From a virus (taxonomy: Duplodnaviria > Caudoviricetes): a stretch of 64,000 nt of DNA. Made by a program: the position numbers and the translations under genes. Below are positions 1 to 8,800 of this stretch, one piece after another; position 1 is the first letter of the stretch; each line of letters opens with the position of its first letter. The stretch spans positions 8,493 through 72,492 of IMG/VR virus record IMGVR_UViG_2932480793_000001. One strand, written 5' to 3'. The notes below the pieces were generated by a model. It was given only the letters and a program-made list of their open reading frames with translations, had not been told where the DNA came from and ran no database searches.

Positions 1-5
1 ACTCC

Positions 6-2648
6 TCACGTCATCAGCAGAGGCAGAAGCTTGCTGGCCACGTAGGCATGCCCAGCATCCGACAGGTGCACCAGATCCGAAGACCCCGCCGCCCCCGGGT
101 TCGCCTGATCACCCCAGTAACCCAACCCCTGCCAGTACGCGTAGTTGTTCTGACCCATCGGCCACAGGTTCACGAGCGCAGCCCCGTACTCCTCGGCGAT
201 GCCCCGCATCCGAGCCCCGTACTGGGAGTAGATCGTGCCCGCGAAGTTGCCCCGATGCTGCATCACCAGGAGGAGATCGGTGGCCCCGGTGCCCGTGCCC
301 TTGATGGTGTTCAGCGTCGAGTACACGTTCGCCGCCCACGCATCCAAGGTCACGTTCTGGTTCGCATCGTTCAGCCCCAGAGCGTAGATCACCAGGTCGG
401 CAGGCTGCGACGTACCACCGTGCCACAGTGTGTTCCCGGTGCCCGCCACGAAGTAATGCGACGTCTGCGCCCCCGACCGGCCAGCGTTGTCGACGATGAC
501 ACCCGTGTCCCGCTCCCCCGCCACACCGATCAGCTGGAGGCGAGAACCCCCCGACCCGTTGTACGAGATCACCACCGTGTGCGTCCCAGCCGACAGCCCC
601 GTGACAGTCTGGGTGCGTACCGACGCCGAACTCAGCCCCGGGTCCGCCACCGCCACCGCAGCAGCCCCATCGATGCTGTACGTGTAGCCGGCGTTCGGGG
701 TGTTGACCCCCGCCAGGGTGTAGATCTTCAGCGTGGAGCCGCGCACCGTGAACGTCGCCGTCGCCGCGGCCGTGGCGTAGATGCTGCTGATGCCCGGCCC
801 GTACCAGAGAACCGTGTCGGTCCAGGTGCCCGTCGTGGTGGCGATGGACCCGTTGGCCTGCCACGCAGCGATCGCTTCCGGCTTGGCCCCGATGATCGCC
901 GGTGTGCGGTTCACGGAGAACAGACCCGACCCGCCGTCCCCGTAGGCCGACTGAAGTGCCGTCCGGAGGATCCCGACGTAGTTCTTCGTGACGAGGTCGG
1001 AGCAGTAGTAGCCCTTCGTCACCGAGTCGCCCACCGCAATGATCCGGGCCTTGCCCGACTCTGCGGCGTCACGCTTCGCCCGCCAGAACTTCCCCCACCC
1101 GTCCGGCACATACACACCCAGCTCCCCCGCCGAACGCGGCCGGGCAATGCGGGCAGCAACCGTCGTTGCCCCCCGCGCCGTGGTAATCGACGAACCCAGG
1201 CGCACCGTTCCGTTCGTCCCGTCATCAAACAGGCCGGCGGACGCGGCGTGCAGGTAGGCGTCGTCCAGGAGCACCGTCGACGCCCCCGACAGGCGCACCC
1301 CGTACTGGGGGCTGTTCGTCGACCCGCCACCATCGTCCACACCCGGGTAGCACGTCACCCCGTTCACCGTCACCGGCACCGTCGCCCCCACCACTGCCAA
1401 GCCGGCGAACCCGCTGCCACCAGTGCCGCCGTTGCGGCCGTCGCGGCGCGTCATGAGCCCGGTGATGAGGATGGGGGTGTTGCCGGTGGCGTCCACGAAC
1501 ACCCCGTGCTGCCCGTTGCGGTCGGTGGAGCAGCCGGTCATCTGCATGCCGCCGGAGCCCTGCCAGTCGCCCCACGCCCCGGTGATGCGGTAGCCGTGGG
1601 ATCCGTTCCATTCGGTGCGGCATGCAAGAAGTTGGGCGTTGGTGCAGTTGGTGAGGACGATGCCCTGCGCCCAGCAGCCGATGACCTGGACGTCGTCCAA
1701 CGTGATGTCGGTGTTGCCGTTGATGAGGAGCCCGTTGGCGTGGCAGTTGTCGACCATGACGTGCCGGAGCCGCCAGGAGAACGGGAACACCCCGTCGGTT
1801 CTGCTCGCGGTGACGATGCCGTTGTTCGGCATCTGCCGGATGCACACGTCGTCGAGGACCACGTTCTGCACGTTGCCCTTGGCGAAGATCCCGTCGATGC
1901 TGCTGCCGGTCAGCTGCGACCCGTCGATCATCAGGTTCCGCAGGCGCTGCTCCCCGTTGATATCCGGATGGGCGCCGTCGTCGTCGCCGATGATCTGGAT
2001 GACGCAGTCGCCGTCGAAGGCCGGGGCGGGCTGGATCCAGCACGCCGAGTCCTCATCAGTCATGCCAGGGCCGACCATCAGATTCGAGTGAGACCCCAGC
2101 AAGGTGATACCCATCGGCAGGTCGAGGGTCTCGGTGATCCGGTACACGCCGGCCGGGAAGTACACGACTCCGCCAACCGGGCAGGCGGCGATCGCCGCGA
2201 GGATCGCCGGGGTGTCGTCCGCAGCCCCGTCGCCCACCGCGCCGTGCGCTGCGACCGTCTGCCAGTCCAGCGCCCCCGACACCTGGCTCGGATTGATGCG
2301 GCCCCCGGAGTCCAAGGACGGCCACCCACCGGGCTGGTCGCGCTCCGCCAGGTGCTCCTGGAGTATCTGCCCGAGATCGACGGCCGCGGCGGCGTACCGG
2401 CGCCCGTAGCCGAAGTCCATGAACACGTTGGTGACCCCGTCGGGCCCGTAGAACGCGACCGCGCCATCGCCATCGGCGGTGACGGTAGTGATGGGTGTGC
2501 CGTCGAGGTCGGTCAGGTCGGTGAGCTGGGTGCCACCGGTCGCAGCGGTCCACACGGCACCGGTGGCACCGGGGCGGACGAGGAGCTGATTTCCGACGCG
2601 CTCCATGGCGTAGTCGGATGTGGATCCCCCGAAGAGTCGACGAGGCAT
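6..2648 (-). CDS. Tailspike/tail fibre with pectate-lyase-like beta-helix and C-terminal SGNH hydrolase
   Basis: GAVGDGAADDTPAI..VVYFPAGVYRI beta-helix entry motif; SGNH blocks AVGDSVT, ALGLNDA, SDLVHL; position at the end of the tail operon. Confidence 0.85.
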   Translation of the reverse strand: MPRRLFGGSTSDYAMERVGNQLLVRPGATGAVWTAATGGTQLTDLTDLDGTPITTVTADGDGAVAFYGPDGVTNVFMDFGYGRRYAAAAVDLGQILQEHLAERDQPGGWPSLDSGGRINPSQVSGALDWQTVAAHGAVGDGAADDTPAILAAIAACPVGGVVYFPAGVYRITETLDLPMGITLLGSHSNLMVGPGMTDEDSACWIQPAPAFDGDCVIQIIGDDDGAHPDINGEQRLRNLMIDGSQLTGSSIDGIFAKGNVQNVVLDDVCIRQMPNNGIVTASRTDGVFPFSWRLRHVMVDNCHANGLLINGNTDITLDDVQVIGCWAQGIVLTNCTNAQLLACRTEWNGSHGYRITGAWGDWQGSGGMQMTGCSTDRNGQHGVFVDATGNTPILITGLMTRRDGRNGGTGGSGFAGLAVVGATVPVTVNGVTCYPGVDDGGGSTNSPQYGVRLSGASTVLLDDAYLHAASAGLFDDGTNGTVRLGSSITTARGATTVAARIARPRSAGELGVYVPDGWGKFWRAKRDAAESGKARIIAVGDSVTKGYYCSDLVTKNYVGILRTALQSAYGDGGSGLFSVNRTPAIIGAKPEAIAAWQANGSIATTTGTWTDTVLWYGPGISSIYATAAATATFTVRGSTLKIYTLAGVNTPNAGYTYSIDGAAAVAVADPGLSSASVRTQTVTGLSAGTHTVVISYNGSGGSRLQLIGVAGERDTGVIVDNAGRSGAQTSHYFVAGTGNTLWHGGTSQPADLVIYALGLNDANQNVTLDAWAANVYSTLNTIKGTGTGATDLLLVMQHRGNFAGTIYSQYGARMRGIAEEYGAALVNLWPMGQNNYAYWQGLGYWGDQANPGAAGSSDLVHLSDAGHAYVASKLLPLLMT

Positions 2649-2667
2649 GTGGTGTTCCTTTCGGGGG

Positions 2668-3681
2668 TCAGGCGAGCCAGTAGGAGCCGTCGATGGTCAA
2701 GATGTCGCCGGTGCGGATGTTCCACGGCTTGTTCGTGTACACGCTGAAGGCGTTTGGAGTAGCCGTGGAGGAGAGGCTGTTGCTCATGGCGTACCGCAGG
2801 CGGGCGATCTTCGTGGTGGACGAGGTGGGGTAGATGACCGCTTGGCCGATGCCGCCGCCTTCGTCGTTGTTGCTGGTGTAAGCCCAGTTGAGGATGGCCC
2901 GGTGGTTGTAGGCGGCCGGGTAGCCGGGCGGCAGCGACACCATGATCGGCTCGGTGGATGCGGGAGGGTTCGCCGACGGAATCACGTGGATCACCAGGTC
3001 GACGCGCTTACCACGCACGGTGTACCGGCCGATGTTGGTAGCCGCTGTTCCCCAGTGGAAGTTGCTGCCGCCGACGCTCCACTGCGGGGTGTAGTAGTCC
3101 TCCTCGACACCGGGCGACATCAGCCACTGCCAGCTGGCCCCGTCGCCGACGTAGAGCTTGGTGCCCTCGACGAGGAGCTGCCCCTTCACGCTGGGCCGGC
3201 GGGCACCGGGAATGCCGGGGACCGCGCCACGGTCGGTGAACCAGCGCCGGTCGAGGACGTTCACTGCGGTCACAACGGAGGATCCCGCTGCGACGGTGCA
3301 CTGAGCGAGCGGGATCTCGTAGACGCCTTCTTCGTCGGCGGCGAGCGTCGGGGCGCTGGTGCCGCCGGTCTTGTAGAAGGCACGGACGGTCTTGGCGCTC
3401 ATGGAGGCACGCAGGATGACCATGTCGACGCGGGCTGCCGACCCGGCGTTGGCTGTGACCGGGATTGTCTTCGTGGCGTCGTTCTTGTAGTAGAACCCGT
3501 TCACGAAGGCCTCGCCGACGGCGAGGGTGACGTTGCCAGACCCATTGCCGGTGACCTTCAGGGCGGTGTCGGCGGGGTCGGAGGCATGAACACCGTCGAG
3601 CCCCCACCGTCGAGCCTGCCGAGACCACTGGGACTGGGTGGCGATCGGGGAGCCGTCGAACGGCGCGGAGAACTCAGCCAT
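2668..3681 (-). CDS. Minor tail protein
   Basis: Start reassigned to MAEFSAPFDGS (ATG 3681, RBS GGAAGG); VTLAVGEAFVNGFYY, RVDMVILR and YEIPLAQ..VLDRR motifs typical of actinophage minor tail proteins. Confidence 0.8.
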   Translation of the reverse strand: MAEFSAPFDGSPIATQSQWSRQARRWGLDGVHASDPADTALKVTGNGSGNVTLAVGEAFVNGFYYKNDATKTIPVTANAGSAARVDMVILRASMSAKTVRAFYKTGGTSAPTLAADEEGVYEIPLAQCTVAAGSSVVTAVNVLDRRWFTDRGAVPGIPGARRPSVKGQLLVEGTKLYVGDGASWQWLMSPGVEEDYYTPQWSVGGSNFHWGTAATNIGRYTVRGKRVDLVIHVIPSANPPASTEPIMVSLPPGYPAAYNHRAILNWAYTSNNDEGGGIGQAVIYPTSSTTKIARLRYAMSNSLSSTATPNAFSVYTNKPWNIRTGDILTIDGSYWLA

Positions 3682-3682
3682 C

Positions 3683-4855
3683 TCAGGCCGCCTTCCGGGT
3701 CTTGACTCTGCCCAGATCTCGTTTGAGCTGGGCGAGGAACTTGTAGATGCGGGCGACCGTGCCGTCGCCGTCACTGGAGCCGACGGCGGCCTTCACTGTG
3801 GTTCCTTCTCCGGCGGTGCAGGTGAGGGTGACTTCGCGGACGATGTCGGCCATCCACGAGTCGCGGACCATCGCGGACACGGTGTCGCCGACCTGGTAGT
3901 CGCGCCCGTAGCGGAGCTGCGGGATGTCGATGGGGCTGATCGCCAGCGAGCCCTGCCCGGCACCCGAGGTGAGGGCTTCCTCGGCGACCTGGTCCATCTG
4001 TGCGGCCAGGTCGACGGACGCGGTGTCCACAGAGGTCAGGTCGACGAACTGCTCGATGATCAGCCCAGGGAAGAGTGGGTCGACTCGGTCGTAGGTCTTG
4101 CACTGGCGGGGCGAGGACTGCCCGCCGGCGACGACGACCGCGCGGGTGCAGGTGGGTGGTGTGGTGGTGTAGTTGGCGTCGGTGAGGTTGCCCAGCCGGA
4201 ACGCGAACCGGGCGGTGCCGGACCGGTCGGTGGGTTCGTACACCTGGAACTGGAGGCCGCTGCCAACCTGGACGACGCGAAACCCGAGCCCGGCGGCGTT
4301 GGCGATGTCGGTGAGGACGGCGAGGAGGCTGTCGAACTGGTTGAGCTGCCGGGTGATCGTCGGCCCGCGGTTGCCGTTGGTGGCGAGGGTGAGGAGCGGG
4401 TTCTTGCGGGCGGCCAAGGCGCCGGGCCCGGCGTTCAGGTTGACGAGGGTCCGCATGGCCGTTTCCGCCACCACCGCACTGATCTTGTAGACGGCGTCTG
4501 CCTGCGACCCGATGGCGCTGCCGGGAGCAGGCCAACAGGTGTAGCGGGCCAGCACCTCCGTGTCGGACACCCCGCCGACGGTCAGCTTCCCCTCGCCGGA
4601 GTCGTCCTTGGAGCGGGACCAGTCGACGGTGCGGATCGGCCCGGAGTCGACCAGCGTGCCGTCAGCGGTGCGGATGATGAGCCCGTTGCCCTCGGCCAGC
4701 AGGTTGGTCTTTCCGGAGTCGGCTGAGATCTCCAGGACGAAGGACCCGATGGCGTTGTAGCGGGGTATGACGGTGAGGCTGGTGTAGTCGTCGATCTGCC
4801 CGATGCGCTCCAGGGCGGCGTTGCGGACGTACACGCGAAGTGCGGTGCTGGGCAC
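3683..4855 (-). CDS. Minor tail protein (ReqiPepy6 Gp37-like baseplate hub)
   Basis: RYNAIGSFVL at the N-terminus, RYGRDYQVGDTV at the C-terminus; follows Dit. Confidence 0.85.
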   Translation of the reverse strand: MPSTALRVYVRNAALERIGQIDDYTSLTVIPRYNAIGSFVLEISADSGKTNLLAEGNGLIIRTADGTLVDSGPIRTVDWSRSKDDSGEGKLTVGGVSDTEVLARYTCWPAPGSAIGSQADAVYKISAVVAETAMRTLVNLNAGPGALAARKNPLLTLATNGNRGPTITRQLNQFDSLLAVLTDIANAAGLGFRVVQVGSGLQFQVYEPTDRSGTARFAFRLGNLTDANYTTTPPTCTRAVVVAGGQSSPRQCKTYDRVDPLFPGLIIEQFVDLTSVDTASVDLAAQMDQVAEEALTSGAGQGSLAISPIDIPQLRYGRDYQVGDTVSAMVRDSWMADIVREVTLTCTAGEGTTVKAAVGSSDGDGTVARIYKFLAQLKRDLGRVKTRKAA

Positions 4856-4868
4856 GGTGGTCCTCCTC

Positions 4869-5810
4869 TCAGGCGGCCAGGTAGCGGGGCTGGTACGCCA
4901 TGCGGACAGAGGTGGCCGATGTGGATCCGGCCACGGTGAGGGTGAGCTCGTTGACGCCCGTTTCCAGGGGCCACAAGGCTGAGGCGTTGGACAGGTTCGG
5001 CCACAGGTTCGTGATCCCGTTGAGGAGGGCCGTCTGGCGGCGTTCCCGGGTGTCGATGACGATCGTGTCCGCGCCGGTGATCGTGCGGGTGAGGACGAGG
5101 GTCTGCCCGGTCGTGGTGTTGGTGAGGGTGACCGACGTGGCCGGGCCCTTGATCGTCCACACGGGAAAGGCGTCGTCGTCGCCGTCGTTGTCGACGGTCA
5201 CTGACCCCAGCACCTGGGAGTCGCCCACCACGAGCGGCAGAACCGGGAAGAAGTCGCCGCCCGTGCTGTTCTTCCACTCCGTGGTGACCTCTCCCCCAGT
5301 CCAGTAAGGAGACGGGGCAGCGAAGGTGATCACGCCGATGCACCAGCGTCGGCCCGCGGCGTCGAGGGACTCGTCGCCTTCCATGCCGTCCTGATAGCGG
5401 ACCCCGATGCTGCGGGCGTCCCCGTCGGGCTGGGTGAGGGTCAGGGTGCCCTGCCCGCGCTTCGGGTTGAGAGAGCGGATGAAGGTGCGGCGGCGGGCCA
5501 GGTAGGCGGCTCTGCTGTCGTTGGCCCAGAACGCGATCGGGATGCTGATCGTTTTGCCCTGAGCGCGGATCTGGCGTACTTCGTAGCCGTCGATGCCGGG
5601 TGATTCGTCGGTGGCCATGGCGTAGTCGGGCATGTCGAGGCCCTTGATGCCGGGTTGCACCACCCAGCCGCGTTCCCAGTCCGTGAGGAGCGTCGTGGCA
5701 CCGCCGGGGTCGGTGAAGGACACCAGGGGCATCTCGACGACGCGCTGCGGCCACTCCCACGGGGGCTGCTGCTCCTCGGGTGGGATCGATGAGGCGACCA
5801 GAATCGGCAT
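4869..5810 (-). CDS. Distal tail protein (Dit)
   Basis: Immediately follows the tape measure; ITFAAPSPYW, VDNDGDDDAFPVWTIKGP, WPLETGVNEL motifs. Confidence 0.85.
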   Translation of the reverse strand: MPILVASSIPPEEQQPPWEWPQRVVEMPLVSFTDPGGATTLLTDWERGWVVQPGIKGLDMPDYAMATDESPGIDGYEVRQIRAQGKTISIPIAFWANDSRAAYLARRRTFIRSLNPKRGQGTLTLTQPDGDARSIGVRYQDGMEGDESLDAAGRRWCIGVITFAAPSPYWTGGEVTTEWKNSTGGDFFPVLPLVVGDSQVLGSVTVDNDGDDDAFPVWTIKGPATSVTLTNTTTGQTLVLTRTITGADTIVIDTRERRQTALLNGITNLWPNLSNASALWPLETGVNELTLTVAGSTSATSVRMAYQPRYLAA

Positions 5811-8800
5811 CAGTTGGCTCCGCTCATGACCGGGCGGTGAAGCATGTCGTCCTGCGCCAGGGCATCGAGGATGCTGCGCTTCGAGGCGACCTCGGTGACC
5901 CGGGCGTTGTAGTTCAGGACCCGGTCGCCACTGGTGTTGTTGACCGAGCTGACCTCGGTGCGGGCAACGGTGGCCGCGGCAGTCGACCGAACGACGCGGG
6001 CCATGGATGCTGCCGCAGCGGCGGCCTGCGGGATGGTGTCGCGGACACCACGGACGAACCCGAGCCCCGTGAACCGGCCGAGGCCGGCGAGAACCTGAGA
6101 CGGAGACTTGATCTTCAGTTCGACCTTGATGGTCTTCTGGATCTTCTTCGCCAGGTCGGCCATCGCCTTCACGATCGCCTTCTCCTGCGCCACCAGCCCC
6201 GTCAGGAAGCCCTTCCCTGCCATGGATCCGGCGTCGTACATGGCGTCCGCAGCGGCGCTGCCGTAAGCGGAGGTGGCCTTCCCGATCTGGACCTGGGTCG
6301 CGTTGATCGACTTCAGCTGGGCGTCGGTCGCCTTCACCAACGCCGCGGCGTAGGGCGCGCCCTGGTCGGGGCCGGCGGCGATGATCTGCCCGATGAGAGC
6401 CTTCGACAGGCCGCGCTTGCCCAGGATTTCCAAGTTCTTCGAGAACGCGTTGAGCTGCCCGAGGCGCACCTGAAGGCCGTTGAGGATGCCATCCGCGCCG
6501 AAGGGCAGCCCACTGTTCGGGAGGCTGGTCAGGGATGCGAAGCTGGCCGCGTTGGTAGTCGTCTCGGCGGCAAAAGCCTTGGCTTGGCTGATCTTTGCGG
6601 CGATGGTGTCGCGCTGCTTCGCCAGGGACTGCAGCGTCTTGTTCTGGGTGGTGAGCTGCCGGACCAGCTTGTCGTCGAGGGTGGTCTTCACGCCCTTGAA
6701 AGCGTTCTTCACCGCGGTGGCGACCTGGGTCATGGCCTTGTCGATCGCGGACGCCGTCCCAGCCAGAGCCTTGAGGAAGTTCGCCCCGACGCTGGCCGCG
6801 ATGGGCCCGGTGTCGATGCTCTTCCCGCCCACCCGGATGACACCACCCGTGGCGTAGCCGGAGCCCCGCCGGAACCCGGTGCTGATCTGTACCCCGCCGA
6901 CGATGCCGCCTAGGGCGTAACCACCGGGCCGGTTGTACGCCGACGACAGGCTGCCGTAACGGGACAGGGCGTAGCGCATGGAGGCGTAGATGTTCGCCAT
7001 CGGGTCGACGCTGACCCCGTACAGCTTGGGCCCGGTCTTGCGGTACTTCCCGGCGTAGGCGTCGAACGTGGGCCGGATGACCTGCATCAGGCCGACGGAC
7101 GGGGTGCCGTTGATCCAGTTGATGTCGTTGCGGTTGACCGCCTTGGGGTTACCGCCCGACTCCTGGTTCATGCGGCGCAGCGTCGTGTTCACCAGCGACA
7201 GGGACTGACCGACCTGTCCCAGCGCCTGGGTGACGACGCCACGGAACCGCTCCACCCCGGCACCGCCACTGCCGCCGTCACCGCCTCCTTCGAGGTACCG
7301 CATGGGGTCGACGGTCTTGCCTTTGATGCGGGCTTCGAGATGCAGGTGGGGGCCGGTGGTGTTGCCGGTGGCGCCGACCCGTCCGATCTGCTGGCCGCGC
7401 TTCACCGTGTCCGACGCGCGCGCGAGCATCGCGGACATGTGCGCGTAGAGGGACGACAGGCCGCTGCCGTGGTTGATCTCGATGTGCTTGCCGTAGGGCC
7501 CCGAGTCGATAGCCTGCCGGACGATGCCGGAGTCGACCGCCCGGATCGGCGTGCCGGTCTTCGCCGGGAAGTCCAACCCGGTGTGCCGGCCGCTGGACCA
7601 CATGAGTCCCGGCTTGCCGAAGGGGGTGCCGTAGGGGGCGGACACGGGCTTGAGCCACTGTCCGGTGCCTTCGACGATGTCCTTGCCGCGGATGTAGTCG
7701 ATGGCCTTGTTGATGAGCCCGATCGGGGCCTGTCCGATCATGCCGGGCCAGGTGCCCTTGTTCTTCCCGAGGGCTTTGGTGATGCCTTTCTTGACCGGGG
7801 AGAACGCGGACTCGGCGAGGTCGGCCAACCCGCCGCGGGCGACGTCGGCGCCCTTGGAAAGGACGTTGCCGACGGCGTTGGTGATGCCGTCGAAGATGCC
7901 GCCCTCGGCGAACCCGCGGAACGCCCGGAGGGACTGGCCGCGCATGGCAGCCTGGTTGACTGCGTGGAGCCGCGCCCGCTCGTAGGGGTCGCGCATGGCT
8001 TCGGAGACGTACACGCCTTCGCCGCGGCGCATGGGCACGAGCTGGTCGTCGCCCTGACGCCACGTGCTGAACCCCGGCAAGATCCCGCCGCGGGCAAAGC
8101 CCTTCGGGAGGTTCATTTCCTTCAGCGGATCGATGCCAGGGATCTTCGCCGCGGTCTTGTTCCAGACGGAGACGATGCCCTTGTTGTAGACGACGTCGAT
8201 CCAGAACTTGATCGGGGCTTTGACGAGGTCTTTCAGCCCGTCCCAGATCTTCCCGAGGTTCTTCTTCAGGGTGTTGAACGCCCCGGACAACTTCTCGGCG
8301 AAGTTGTCGAAGCCGCGGCGGACGGAGCCCCAGGCGTCGGACGCGGTGGTCTTGATGTTGTTCCACAGCCCGGACCAGGCGCCAGCGACCTTCTCCCGGA
8401 TCCAGTTGAAGATCCGGATGGCCCCGTTGCGCAGGTCCGTGAACCAGCGGATGGCCCCGTTGACAATGTCGGGGATGACGGAGTGCCCGAGGAGGAAGTC
8501 ATAGAGCCACTCGAAGGCCCCCGCGATCTTCTCCGTGACCCACTTGATTGCGTCGACGGCCGGGCCCAGCTTCTCCCGCAGCGCGGTCATGTGCTCGATG
8601 AACTTCGTCATCGCCGGAACGACAATCCCGGTGATCACCATGACGGCGAGCTGAGTCAGCAGCGTCGAGAACTGGATCATCGGCGGCAGCAGCGGCAGCA
8701 GCGCAGGCAACAGCTCGACGATGAACATGGTGCTGAGCAGCAGCAACTGCGGCAACAGCGGGGCGAGGGCGAGCAGGATCTGCCCGATGGCCTGGCCGAG

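Noticed and set aside
48-2747. 899-aa plus-strand ORF and other long antisense ORFs (7340-9082, 15713-17710, 19062-21275, 29151-31649, 48629-50044, 56970-59192)
   Set aside because: Shadow frames of real genes; high GC3 suppresses stops in other frames, and the products have no recognisable motifs
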